A stretch of DNA of 64,000 bases from Bispira polyomma. Taxonomy: Eukaryota. This document shows positions 37,237 to 50,957 of the stretch, piece after piece. The stretch spans positions 35,650,001 through 35,714,000 of the forward strand of contig OZ287756.1 of NCBI GenBank assembly GCA_965649765.1, given 5' to 3'. The number at the start of each line of letters is the position of its first letter. The stretch's first letter is position 1. Both the position numbers and the translations under genes were made by a program. Under the pieces are notes generated by a model that was not told where the DNA came from, searched no databases, and saw nothing but the letters and a program-made list of their open reading frames with translations.

Positions 37237-38985
37237 AAGTATTTTTTGTGACAACCAACAGTTGTCAACATGTGACAATAATCTGCTTGATGAAAGCTGA
37301 TATTTTGTATATATACACACACAGCATACAACAGGAATTATATATATATATATATTTGTATTCTCTTTGTTCTGTGGTCACATGACTGTCATATGACTCT
37401 GTGAAAGTCCTGGAGGTTTTAGGTTAATACTGATATAGTTCTCACACATTTGTGAGAAACAAATTTACCTTTAAATCCCACTATCACCAAAACATTCCCA
37501 CGAACAATATCAAACTGTGTTGATAGATTTTTTGTACACGTACATCCAGAACACGTTTGTGGGTGGGTGTTTTTTCATTCTAAACGATATGTAGTTTCAT
37601 ATTATTTACTAATAAAATGAATAAACTAATTTCCTAGTAATTGGGTCATTATGACAACTCAAACCCTTTTGGATTCCACAGTTCAAATATAGCAATCAAT
37701 TCCACTAATTTTTGAGTGATATTTACTGAATAAATGAAAATCTTGCCATTCTAAACTTCAACAAATTTTTTTAAAACATAATATGTACTTCTGAATATGC
37801 GTGATGTGCGTGTATTTTCTACAGTATAATATCATTATACTACATCTGATGTCGATTTATTGCAAAAGTACTAATAATCTACCACAGTAGATCATATTTT
37901 AAGAATTTACTGTGATAATCCGACGATAATTCTAAACAAATGAGGGTCAATATATGTCACAATAAGCCTAGACAATAAGATATTGTAATGCCCCACTCAC
38001 CTAACTAAAATAATCGTACTCAACATTTTCAAGTGTTCTAATCCTAGTGATTTTTTTAACCCCCTTCATATTCATGATCTAACAATGCACAGTTCTAAAG
38101 GATAATACCCAAATTATGAAGCTACCCCCCTCCCCCCTCCTCTTTAAAACAGAGGGTAGATATTGGGGGAAATATTAATATAATAAATACAACTCCCAAC
38201 TGCCCATCCCTAAGACTTCAAAGTAAGATGGAACAGTGGGCTAAGGGCTTTGTTCCAATTATCGCCCGTTAACAACAAACAAAAAAAGGGCGGTATTACG
38301 TCACACAAAATATGGGCCCATTATACGAGTACACAGCACGTGGTTTGATCTCATTGTCAGGGGTGCTGATTTGTCTCTCTATTCTAGTCAATTGAGTAGA
38401 AAACCAGCAATATTTCCTCAATATGTCGCCGATTTATTGTATTTATTTTTTCTGTCCACTTTCTTTGATGGTAGGACAGAGGGACGCTTTATAGAAGGTA
38501 GTTTGATGGCTGCTGTTAATTAGCGGGTAATTGTATCATGTTAGAGGTGGAAATCACTGGTAACCTTTGAAGGGCAGGGGGCCTTCATCTATATGCCCCA
38601 GAAGAGATTAACTGTGATATACATACACTTATTAGATTATTGTATTTTGCTACAAGGGCAATAATTGAGTTAACATATTTATTCCTCTATGTTATGAATA
38701 CCAAAAGCTTCTTTTAATTCAATATACAGATGCCATAGTATTTGAATGGTCTGTCAAGTTAGACTCCATGTTCAGCCGTCTTTATTTTCTTTTCTAATAT
38801 GTATAGATTTGGATAGATTATTTCAGAGTAGTGTACAATAGACATATTTTAACTAGAAAGGACGGCACTCAGGAGAAAGCATACCCTCACCAAGGTCCCA
38901 CATTTTAGAAACGTGTAACAAAGTTGCTTGATCAGCCATTTTTGCCCAGATCTGCTCCCAAAATTAAATGGTTTTCTTCCATGTC

Positions 38986-39265
38986 TGAGCTGGATCTAGA
39001 GCCTTCTCGATCGCCGCCCCTGTGATATGGAACAGCCTTCTAGTGGAACTTAGATTGCTTGATACACTTTCTAGCTTTAGGAGAAAGCTTAAAACCTATC
39101 TCTTCAGGCTCTCCTATCCTCTGTAGTCCGCTCCCTGGACGCTCCCGCATCCTTCCTGACGACCTGGCTATTATTTTCATTTTCCTACCGGTTTTTTTAT
39201 TCTGATGTTGCACCTTAGGAGATGCCCAGCATCAATAAGGCGCGTTAAAAATGTACAATACAATA
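38986..39265 (+). mobile_element. 5'-truncated L2 LINE 3' end with 6-bp TSD, nested in a DNA element
   Basis: Encodes AGSRAFSIAAPVIWNSLLVELRLLDTLSSFRRKLKTYLFRLSYPL*; (CAATA)n tail; CATGTC at 38980-38985 and 39266-39271. Confidence 0.88.
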
Positions 39266-39744
39266 CATGTCCCACCCTCCACCAACTTCCATGTGAATTA
39301 GTTCAGTATTTTTGTTTGATTCTGGTAACAAACAAACAACCAACGATCCAACCAACCAAATACCTGGGTGTATCCAGGATTTTCTTTTTTTTGGCACATT
39401 CTGCCGAGACATTTTTGCTTATGACTACAACACATATTTGGCAAGACATTGATGAATACCATTCAGAATCAAACTCCCTATCTTTATGCATGGTGTTAAG
39501 ATTAGTGACAGAGTTTTGGTATACTGTTGAGTGTCTTTGAAAATTGTAGTATAAATTGGGAAGTCATAACTGGGGGAGTAACTTCATATAACCATAAATT
39601 AGTGGTAGTATTTTTGAACACTTTTGAACCCTAAGTGGAACCTCAAGGTACCAGGATAAAAAGTGTACTAAAGCAGACTTTTTACCCTAGACGCTAAAAT
39701 TTAAAAGAAAAGGCATTTGTGGCTCTTCATATTTTTCTCCACAT

Positions 39745-39900
39745 ACACTGGTAAAGGAAATAAGGTTTTCGGCTATACAAACCACCAGCCTTCAGCAAAT
39801 CTACTGGCAACTTTTCAACATACACACACACCAGACCCGAGATTCGAACCCCCGATGGTAGAGTTTAGAGGTGAGTGTGTTACCACCACATAACTGAGGC
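39745..39900 (-). mobile_element. V-SINE-like copy
   Basis: ACTGGCAACTTTTC (reverse core) and GAGATTCGAACCC (reverse B-box). Confidence 0.65.
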
Positions 39901-41064
39901 CCCCAGTTTAACTGTATTTCAAATTCAAATGTGACCTTTAGCATTGGGTTTAACCAGATCTCCCAGACACTATAGTATACAGCTCATTAGCAGCTCCAGA
40001 ACTGTGATTCTACTCCTTGTCTAGCCTGTGAATCATTAGATCCCCACTGCGCAGACTCAGCAAGTGCCTGGCATCATTTTAATCCAGGCTTTCTTATAAC
40101 TTAGTGAAGTATCCTGATTTTTGTGAAAGTTTCAATTATCTTAGCAAAATAGAATGCAGTTAGGAAGCCTCTAATAATGGGATAATCTGAAACTAATCAG
40201 TTGTTTTAAAACCAGTAGTATATCTAGTTGTCTTAGCTCCAGGGGTAGCCTAACTAGGAATACTCTCTCTATATATGACAACCTCCTCCACCCATACCCC
40301 CCTCTTCCCGACTAGTGACCCCCACCCCTCGGGGAGAGCCAGTAGATCACCAACCTTAGCTGATTAGACAGATCCCCCCCAAGAAGATAGTCAACACATT
40401 TTGTTAACTATACCAATTTTTTTAAAAAAGAAATAGCTAATCCAGAAGAAATTTGGCTTAGATCAGAAGACTCAAGCTCAACATGTATGTTGGTTATAAA
40501 AGGCTTTTGATGAAATATTGGAATCCAGGGTATGAACAACTTAATTTTGCACATTACATGTATGTGTAATTTCAATGTTTTGTACTTCTAAAATGCATGT
40601 CTTTATTACAAACATTTTTAGTTATAAAAACTTCATTATTTATGAGTACCACCATCATTACCTGTAATTATATATCTACCACCCCCTCTGCCCCCACCCA
40701 TCATGCCCACCTGCATAGCTGGGGGTAATGGTGTTATAACTGTAAACAGCAACCTTTGACCTCCTCTAAACACTACCATACATCTGACAATTGTCGGGAG
40801 GGTGTTTATTTATGAAAGGTTTTCTTATAAAAAAAAGAATCTGCAAAGAAAAATTTGCTATTAAAAAATATTTCATGGCAAATGATGTCTATAGAATGCA
40901 CAAAATTCTCTTCTCTTCGCAAATATGTAACAAGAGCACTCGGTAGAGCACAAACCTCCGCCAGTGGGTACAAATTAAGTCAAAGGGTCTGTGAAGGATC
41001 AGCTTCATAATCACTAACATCTCACCAATGTGGGTTAAAATGTAAATATGTGTAAGTTTATAGT

Positions 41065-41370
41065 CTAATATCACCTCTATTGAGGTCTCAGCACACTTTA
41101 CAGTTTACACCCCCAGCCTGGATTCTTCAACTTGTCAACAATTGTTCAGTCTCAACTTCACCAGGAAGCATACTTGCTGTGCTCCCACATACAGTGCACA
41201 AAGACTAACACCCATTAGCGGCCAGCTACCCATTTATACATCAGGATAGAGAGGGACAATTTCGTGTAAAGCACCTTGTCCAAGGGCACAATCTCCAGGC
41301 CTGCAGCGAGGATCGAACCTGGGCTCTCAAGAGCCCTGACATCCACAGTCTGACACTCCAACCATTAGGC
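41065..41370 (-). mobile_element. Near full-length CORE-like tRNA-derived SINE
   Basis: Minus strand: GCCTAATGGTTGG (A-box), GGTTCGATCC (B-box), GTGCCCTTGGACAAGG...GTATAAATGGGTA core. Confidence 0.85.
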
Positions 41371-41515
41371 CGTTCCTTCATGTGGGAAAATTCATTGCTA
41401 CTTGCTGTATGTCGGTACTTTACAATGCTTCAGCACGAGTTTCTCAACCACTAAATGTGGCAGTCGTAATATGACCTGAGCTGTTAAACGGTGTAAAATC
41501 CAACCAAATTCAAAA
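41371..41515 (+). mobile_element. Headless V-SINE-like copy, head-to-head with the preceding SINE
   Basis: TTCCTTCATGTGGGAAAA...ATGACCTGAGCTGTTAAA...CCAAATTCAAA. Confidence 0.7.
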
Positions 41516-42699
41516 TCTGTGCTTTGGTTACAGACCTACAACTCTTAAAGTTGGCCATCTATAGTATATCACAAAGAAGATGAATAATTTATTGGACCAA
41601 AACACCCATTTCGTAAGAGTTTTTTAATGTTTAAGGTGAAGAATCATTAAAGGACAAAGCAAGTACTCTGTACTTATTCACTTAACTTGATCTGGGTCTG
41701 GTCCGATACTTAATGGTTTTTTCCCTTGTCACATTCCGTCCATTAATTTCTGCATAATCCTGCTAACAAACAAACCAACAAACAGCCTGGGATGAAAACA
41801 TAACCTCCTCGATTCGGGTGAATTTGGAGTATCTCTTTAGATTAACCAGGGCATGTATTTTTGAAGAAGAGCTACTGTTGGTTAATTTACTGTAATAATT
41901 GGACTAAAGCCAGTTAAATTGAGCTGTCGCAGATTTTTCCACTTTGCAAGTTTACTTTACTGTGTTAATGAAAACAGGGGTGTTGTTATCTTAATTTGAT
42001 TAACCTCCGACTTGCTTCCCCCGACTCTGAGGAGGTCGTGGTTTTACACCTAAACCCTACCAAATCGATAACTGGATATTGGATTTGGCGGGAGCTAGTA
42101 GGTATGACGTAGTATGGTGAGGGGCGTCATGCATGGTTACGCACGGAGGATTAGGGAGCTCGGGTGCCGGGCTAAAGAGGGGCCACCTCGTCAGAGCTAG
42201 ACTGGTAACCAGTAAACACAATTATAAGTGAAATAAATGGAGTAGTGTGACTTGAGGGGGGATCAGCAGTCATATTTTATGTGATTATATATCTGTACAC
42301 AGCACAAGATGTTGGTGTAGTTAACTCCTCCCCCTGCATAATTTGGGTGTTTTTCTGGGACTTCACTTGACTGGTTTTAGAGTTCTTTAGACACACAAAG
42401 GTAGTCAAGCGGAGAACTCAACTCTCACTAGGAATTACCTGCAGGGCTTTAAGTGCCACAGAATCCAGGTTGTGTGGTCAGGAAGAACACTTGGTCTCTT
42501 ACTGATACAGAAGTTTTACATTTAGTTATACCAAATGGAAATATTTGTTAGAAAGTTTTGCTCTAGTCGTAGTTTTACCTTTCTATTGGCGCAGCTATCA
42601 ATGATTATGGTATGTGTGGTACAGATGAACCAAGAAAAAAAATCAGATGAGCACATTGGTAACTGTAAGGGGTTTTTTATCAGATAAGTAGTAAATCAT

Positions 42700-43060
42700 T
42701 TTGCAAGGTATCTTCCAAAGCACAACAACAGAATCAGTTAACCAATAGAAAAGTCCAAAAACATAGCCATGGTGGTAAGGAAGGCTGTCTGGGTGTACAA
42801 GGAGGAAACTAAGGGAGGTAGGCGAGCTTCAAGAGATGGGTTTTACACTCAAGTGATTTAAGCGCCACAGGGAGACTATTCCATGACATGGGGGCAGCAA
42901 TAGAGAAAAATCTAGACCCAGCCTTCTTGGTAGATTTAACAGGAAACAGAAAGTCTCTTTCCCCTTTTAAGGCTACTAAAGCAAAGGCGTGCAGCAAGGT
43001 AGGGGAGAGATGTTGAGAGATAACAGCTTTAAAAGTAGTTACATGAATTTTAAACAAAAT
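42700..43060 (-). mobile_element. L2 LINE 3' end
   Basis: ORF 42809-43057 contains KAGSRFFSIAAPMSWNSLPVALKS..KTHLLKLAY; same family as the 31.5-kb and 39-kb copies. Confidence 0.85.
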
Positions 43061-43089
43061 AATGTAATAGTAATAATTGTTGCTGCCTC

Positions 43090-43270
43090 AACAACTAATA
43101 CCCATTAACGGTCAGGTACCCATTTATACACCTCGATAGAGAGAGAGACAACTTTGTGTAAAGCACCTTGTCCAATGGTACAATCTCCAGACCTACAGTG
43201 AGGATCGAACCAGGACCCTCAGACCTAGACAGGACCCTCAGACATTCTAACCGCTAGGCCACAGAGATCA
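43090..43270 (-). mobile_element. CORE-like SINE
   Basis: CAGGTACCCATTTATACACC...AGGATCGAACC...AACCGCTAGGCCACAG. Confidence 0.82.
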
Positions 43271-45281
43271 CAGTCATACTCATTCCTATAGTATGACATT
43301 CATGTCATCTACAAACATGACTTCTATTTCTCCATACTCTATCTCTATCTAGACTCTTATATCCCTCTTTTTTAGCTTTCACTTCCTTCACGTGTTCTTT
43401 CTTTAAAACTCTCCATTTCTTTCCCCTGTCAGACAGTTCTGACATCCCATACACTGTACACACACACACTCCACCTTCCCACGCCCCTAGGCCAGTTACC
43501 AGTGGTTTCCACTTCCCTGGAAGAATTCTACAAATGATGGCAATTTGTGCCAGAGTATCAAACAGCCCCCCCCCCCCATACCCCAGGGATAGAGAGGACA
43601 GAGAGGAGAGGGGACAACCCCCTCCCCCCAATACACACCCAGCCCTTGGACTACTACTTCCTAGGTAACGTCTATGACTAATCTGACATAGACATATATG
43701 TGTGTATAGCCAGAGGCTACTATAAGACCTATGTGACCTCTGACCTTGGGGATTAAGTGATAGGAGGTCAGTATTTATTGGCAGGCGTGGAACTGGATGG
43801 TTTATTTATTAAACATATCCACGTGAGAAATGCCTACTGTAATATCTGATATACTGTGGCAATTTTCACTAGAAATTTGCTGAAACTAATTTTTACTATT
43901 GTTTATCATTTTTAATTTGAAATATCTAGTTCAAACGTTCACTGGGCATTGATTGTCACTGCTCAAACATATTAGATTAAAAAAAAACCAGCCAAAATAA
44001 ATTTCTAGTGAATATTTCCACTTGTACAGTTTTTGATAAAATGTAAGAAATCACTCCTATGTGATATGTGTACAAATAAACAATCATAAATAGAACATAT
44101 AAGAGTAAAGTGAGAAATTGTAGCATTTCTGATGTAACAAAAGTTCATTGTATTTTAAATAAAAATTTCCTGTTTGCCTTCGAACAAGCAGTTGATGTAA
44201 TGGCTAACTACCAGATATAACTGTGGTTCTAGAGACATTCAATTCACCATTATATGCAACCCAATCTGGAAACTCTCAGCTGGACAAATTTCTGGGCTCC
44301 CGACCCTTGGGGCAGCTGCCAGGCTCAATTACAGATGGGGCGGGCGGACGCGGGATGACGGACGGTGGGTGCACATTTTCCGGGCGGCGGGAGTGGGGGG
44401 CCTCAATGGCGAGAACCCGGCGGGATGTCAGCGTGTGTGTAGCCACTTGGTCATCCATCACTGGGGCTATCGGGACGCGATCTTCCTTTGGTAGAGAGGG
44501 CCAGCAAAGGTTGCCCCCGGCGGGAGAGGGTGGGCATAGCTTGGGGGAGTGCTGGTATTTTACAGTGAAAAATGACATAGGTACTATGTGGTAACACACA
44601 CAGCTAAAGATTCACTATTTTGTGTACAGAACGGGAGTTAAGAGGGGGAGAAGGGGAGAACCTGGATCTGTGTGGATCTGGAACCATCAATCTAGGACTG
44701 CTTTAATACTGCAGGGATGTATGTTAGCCTTGCTTAAGGCATAAGTGACCTTATTTCTAAGGATAGTCTCATTCAGTTTTTAACACTGATTCAAAATTTG
44801 TATGCATTTAATTTAGCATTGTGTATTTACATAAGTACCAGCTTCTTTCCTGGGCTTGTTGTCACAAAGATTCTTACTTTCAAATTTTGGTCTCATTCGA
44901 TTTAATTGGTTGAAGTGAAGACATTTGTAACAATAGTATTCTAAGTATGTTTCTGAATAAGCCTTATTATGCTGAATTGTTAATATAATCTAACCTTTAT
45001 TGCACTTAATCGCTGTTCTAGCGGATTCTAAGGTGCATGAGACGGAAAAATAATTTTCATATTGCCATTAAATTAAATGTACATGGATTGTATATATTTT
45101 ATATTTGTTCCAAAATGAAAGAGGCTTTCTGACAAAGGTGAGCCTTTAGGCTAGGGATATTTATACTCTATGTTGTTGGGGAGAGTAGTTGTAAATAGTA
45201 TAGGGGGGGGGGGGGGGGGGGGAGTGCTTTTGATATATATTCTTGGTTCACACACAAAAATATTTGCTATTATAATATTTC

Positions 45282-46935
45282 CTTTTTTTTAATTTTTTTT
45301 TATTGTTTTATTTTTCACACAAAGGCATACTGACAATACAAGATTCAATATACACAATATACATAACACATAATGTGTGATAAGTATTACCATCATAATA
45401 GTATCCTATCTCTTTAGTTCTTAATTTTTCCCTAATATATAAACTTGTACTTACATCTGTCGCAAAATTAATTTGTTTTTGTATTTCACTATCAACTCCT
45501 TTTAATTGGCACCTGAACTAATTGTAGTTTGATAAATTTGCAACTTTCCTTTTATTATCAGCAAAAAATCAGAGATCAGTGGTGTTTTTTCTTTAGTTTG
45601 TGATTTATTTAAAATCCATTTGCTTAGAAAACTCTTTTGAATTTCTTTCCAGAAGTTGTTACTTTGACTACAAAAATATATATGATGATCTAGTGTGTCT
45701 GTTAATCCACAGTAATTACAATTTGGTGTATTTTTTATTTTCCACTTATGTAGGTTATAATTACAGTTAAGCACCCTATTTATAATTTTGTATTGGAATA
45801 TCTGACCTTGATATTTTGTTATGTCTGCCAAAATTAAATTTTTCGTACGAGTTTCCAATGACTTAGCTCTTTTGCTTGTATAACTTTATCTTTTATACAT
45901 ATGTATTTATTATCAAATATAAATTCATTATAAATTTCATTTGTAGTGTTTGGAGGAACAGCATTAAATTCTAACCAGCAATCAATAACTTGTTTATGGA
46001 AGGGTGTTAATCCCTTATCTCTGTAAAAGGCTGGCAGTTTATTTTTAATTTTTTACTGCTGTTTATTTATCAAGTACCATGTTAGGTTTTTCCAATTTTC
46101 CTTGTGGATCTGATTTTGTAACTAACTTTTTAAACCATTTAATTTTTGAAGTTAAGTGTTTGCCGTAAATATCCAGCATTTTGAGACCCCCCATTGAATA
46201 TGTGGTAATTATGGTACTTCTTTTAACTTTGGCTTTTTTATTGTTCCACAGAAAGTCAAATAACATCTTATCTATTTTTGTTATACAAATGATGGACAAT
46301 AACAGACTGACAGTAAGTAGCTTACTTGTGGCAAGACTAGTGACTTAATTATTAAAATTTTGCCTTTCCATGACAGTTTTCGACTTTTATTCAAATATTC
46401 AAGATTGTTTCCATTGTTTTCAGCTTTGAATCATGGTATCAAGGGTGTGGATAGTTTTTGACTTGTTGAAAACCATATACCTAATGGTTTAAAACTGTTT
46501 TGATTGATACTGATTTTTTTTATAGTTTTTGATAATGTTATACTTTTAAATTTACATATACCAACATGAATTGCCTCTGTTTTTTTCGTATTAATTTTTA
46601 GACCAGAACAGTACTCAAATTTATGTGAAAGTGATATTAATTGAACAATGGATTCAATGTTATTTACAAATATTGTTGTATCATCAGCTGGTTGGCATAT
46701 TTTATATTCTCTCTTTTCTATCTTTATACCTACTATATTCTGATTATTTCTAATTTTGCTAGCCATAATTTCTGCAACCAATATAAAGAGGAACGCTGAT
46801 ACTGGACACCCTTGTCTTACACCCCTACTTAACTCACAGTAGTTTGAAAAATAGCCATTATTACCAACACAGGATTGTATTTTTGTATACAGTATTTTTA
46901 TCCATTGCAAAAAAAACCTGGCCCAAGGTTAAAAG
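45282..46935 (-). mobile_element. 5'-truncated, frameshifted L1/Tx1-clade LINE (RT and C-terminal zinc finger)
   Basis: ORFs 46431-46910 (GVRQGCPVSAFLF, QPADDTTIF with YADD mutated), 46063-46299 (FLWNNK...GGLKM) and 45502-45858 (FQYKIINRVL, CNYC...HHIYFC); poly(A) tail appears as the T-run at ~45283-45301. Confidence 0.92.
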
Positions 46936-47654
46936 ATTGTGCTATATTGCTACTGACTGGTTATTTTATAGTATGTTTAAGATGTATCTTAACAGCATGT
47001 GTTTCATGAGAGGGGAATAAAGAGCCAAACATATTAATCTGAACAATTTACACATTGTAGAACATTGTTAAATCTTTGTTTTCAATCTAATAGAAAAGCA
47101 AGTTTTAAATGTTGCAAGAAGAACACCATTTTTTTTCTTTCTAACAAAACTTGTTATCATTATTCCAGGAAGTAGTGTGACGTCATCACTGACCCTTTTC
47201 CATCCCCTTTTCAGTATTTTGTCATTGCTGTTGTGTAAGACTTCCACCTATTAAAGCACCTGCTGGAAGAGGCTCAGGTGCGTGGCACGTTGAAACAAGG
47301 AGGCTTCACCTCTCCAACTGGCAATTCAAAAGAATGAGAACTTCTTTTGGCCTAAAAAAATAAACTACCTCAAATAATGCAGTACGTATATGGATAAATT
47401 ATAAAAAAGGTTATTTCAGAAGAATCATAAAAAAACTGTTACCATCTAATAATCAAAAAAAAGTCATGTGACGTCTAAAACCTAATGTTTTACATGTTTA
47501 CAATGAAGTTTTATTTTACTTCCTCATAGTTTGTTGTAACAGTCAATTACAAAGGTGTTGTTTTATCAGGCACAACCGTTGTAAAGCCGCCACCTGTGTC
47601 TTTTTTTAAAGACAACTCTTGTTTGTTTCAAACAGCACCCAATGTGGTCCTTTG

Positions 47655-47810
47655 TGGCCTAGTGGTTAGGACCCCCTCCTAGGTTAGGTCTGGTGATAAG
47701 AAGGCCCCTAGTTTGACTCTAGTAACACCATCATGGTCATCCTTTGGCAAGACGTGAACACACAATTGTGTGCTAATGATGAACAACAGGCTATGTATTA
47801 GGATAGTGAT
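47655..47810 (+). mobile_element. tRNA-derived SINE, unamplified relative of the 12.5-kb element
   Basis: GTGGCCTAGTGGTTAGG (A-box), GTCTGGTGATAAGAAGGCCCCTAGTTTGACTC, GGCAAGACGTGAACA. Confidence 0.7.
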
Positions 47811-48994
47811 TAATGCTTAATCGATTCTGATGTTGTACTCTAGAAGATGATTGGCATCAAAAAAGGTACATTAAAAATACAAAAGTGTCATGGCTAAACA
47901 ATATTAATCCAAGCAACTTTAAAAAAAATTTAAGGTGTAGGAATTCAAGTTAAAATTTGTAATTTGTGATATGGTTTGTTCTTGTAAGCATTTACTATAA
48001 TAAAATACAACTGCAACTTCTCATGTATTTTTGCCCCCTCTTCTTACTTTTAGAGTACAATACACATTCACTGAAAACAGTGAAAGGATAGACCACTGTC
48101 TATATTTAATAAAGCTTTGGCCTAATCAATGTAATGTGATTTACTTCTATTAATCTTATAAGTAATGTCATTGTGTTAACTACAGGTGTACACCTTGCTC
48201 CTGTGACGTCACACACTATACGTTACCACACCCCCAAGACTTGGCACGTGTTGCTCATTGTATATTGCTGTACAGAAATAGGAGATCCATTCAGCAGTCA
48301 TTTTTCTCAAAAGTGTCACCAAATCCACCACAAAAAGCCCCTGACATTTGGGAGAACACCAAAAAGGGGAATAAAAGAAAGTGCATAGCAATAAAACACA
48401 ACCACACTCAGTGACTTTAAGTTGTGGCCTTAAATAGAGTTACGGTTTAACTTAGACTAAGTTAAGATTGTAGTTTGCGTTTTAGTTACTTGTATTTGCA
48501 TGCAACATCTTTAAGCAATATTTCTATAAATACTACTTGGAACATTACAACGACACGCATGGTTATGCCATTAAGGTTTCAACCTTTAATAGTGACTTTT
48601 TTAAAGGATAAAAAAGACCAGAATTTGACCCCCACAAGTTTGAGTCAAAGTTTGGAGATGTTTTCAGGTAATTAATGGCCATAGATCTGGAGAGGCACAT
48701 CTGCAATATGAAACCATGGTGACACTTGCGGCAACATTTACTGAATGATCAGACCGGAAATGTGGCACGTAAATACAGGTTGGAATAATTGATTGTAATT
48801 GATTATCCACCCTGTCTCTCTCGAGCTTCATTTTATTACTCACAAAACAGGATAATAAATCACCGCCAAACTAAAGGGCTGCCCCTCCATAACATCCAAT
48901 TTAGAGCTGCAACCAGATGCTGACTTGTGTCCTAAATTGGCACCGAGTAGAGAGAGACTTCTGGACTAGCCTTTCCCAGACCTCAACCAGGGTT

Positions 48995-49215
48995 TAATTT
49001 GATATTGATTTAATTTTGGTCTAATGTCGCTTTCAACACATTGTATAGGTCATATAACGACGGACAGTTTTACTGCTGGAGTAAGCCAGAGTATATTACT
49101 AGTTAGTCAGGATTCTACACGGGAAAACAACGACCATCGGCATGTAACTGCCAACTTTCTCACTTTAAGCCCCGGCAGAAATTCAAACTGGGACCATAGA
49201 GGGGCAAGCAAGTTG
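48995..49215 (-). mobile_element. V-SINE-like copy
   Basis: GTCGCTTTCAACACATTGTATAGGTCATAT...GTAACTGCCAACTTT. Confidence 0.82.
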
Positions 49216-50544
49216 AACCATGGTTTAACACATTCACATTTAACATTTCACATGCAATGGTTCCATTTAGTGCTCTAGTATAAGCTAGTAGTAAATAACA
49301 GATATAGCTTATTCGGGCTGGACAATTTTTATATGTGTATAATGAATGTTATAGGTAATTATTATATTTCGATATTTTAACTAAAACAACAGCAAATAGT
49401 GAAATTTAATTCCAGTGAACTTCTCAAATATTATCAATTAGTAAAAGTTTTTTCCATCTTAAATTTTACTTTATGGGTAATGTGAAGATACGCCTTTGCC
49501 AGGCTAGACTTTATAGAACATACAGGACAGAGATGAGAGGAGCTGGATTAAAGGCCCTTTCCTGAAACTGATACTGCTATTGTCAAAAGTCGTCTGCCTG
49601 GGATCAGGTGTTTTCTAAAGACTCACCAGAGCCTCCATTAGACATTTAATAAGTAATCAGTCACTGCACAGTGCAGGGGGTGGAGATTGATAATCTGATG
49701 TCAATCATGGAGAAAAATTGTTTAATAGAATTAGAAATAATTTAAAAAACACAAATGTTTGTGATGTGCTCTAGGTAAATATATGAACAGGTAGGTGGGT
49801 GAATTATAACCGAAAGTGTTTTTTGTCTGTATTAGGAAATAAAACTGAAGAATTACTACTGATACTAGTATAATCTTATATTGACAGAAAATAAACCTTC
49901 AAATTCATGGCCCACACAGTATTTTTTATATGTTTAGTTATTATAGTGGCTTAGTATATACATATGTCACAATGAAGGTAACACAAACAAGTCAATATCC
50001 AACCACAGAGGAGCTTATGTCTCACTATTAATCATGTTTAAAATAGTAATTTATTAAAGACATAAAACCTTTACTTAAAATTACCAGCAAGTATGAAATT
50101 TCTATTTCTTCCTTACATTTTTTTTTTACAAAAGCAACTACTTATTTGGTTTTCTTGATCACACATTATTTGACGAAACTGATCTCAAACCAACAGTTTT
50201 CTATTTATTTGCATTGTGTTGTACTATTGACTTCATTATTTCCTAAAGCAGGGTAAATACCTGTAGAGGGGATATTCCGTAATAATCTGGGGGAAAATAT
50301 CACCTGTTCACACAACTGACAACTCGTTTTTACAATAATTAGAAAAAGTAACATTGTACTTGATTGTACTTGATTAACTATCTGACCACAAGTTAAAACA
50401 CCATGTGTTTGTTTGTTATTTTAATCACATCTCACAGAATTATTTTAACCTCATTTCACAGAAGAATTACTTTAACAAAGGTTTCTCAAAATGTGTCCAG
50501 GAAATCAAATTGATGGATTTTTTTTCTTATCATATTCTGCCAGT

Positions 50545-50790
50545 ATGGTCTAATGGGTAACACACTCACTTAGGAACGCAGAGGACATGAGTTCCATTCT
50601 AGTCTGGGTGACCACACAGAGGCAAATACATATTGGCTTAGATGGCCACTTAAAATTGTGGCCCTCTGTTATTGGGACCTATCCCCAGTTTGCAGGCTGA
50701 AGAGCCTTGGGATCCTTAAGTCTCATACCATCCAAGTAAAGTTTAAGGAATGTCATTTATTGGTGCTGGTTGGTTATACTTTATACTGGT
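50545..50790 (+). mobile_element. Third tRNA-derived SINE family (second copy on the minus strand at ~63055-63265)
   Basis: Head TGGTCTAATGGGTAACACAC; blocks TGGCT..G.TG.CCA.TTAAAAT and TGGTGCTGGTTGG are shared with the reverse complement of 63055-63265. Confidence 0.65.
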
Positions 50791-50957
50791 TGCTCAAGCT
50801 AAAAATCAGGGAAATGATAGTTACTGGTATTGTTGGCTGTACTGTCACCAAAATATTTATTGGCACTTTAAATTCCTGATAAAGGGGGATAAATGCAGTG
50901 AGTTTTCATTTTATTATATAAATATAAATCTGTATTTCGGGACTTTGTGGTGTATTG

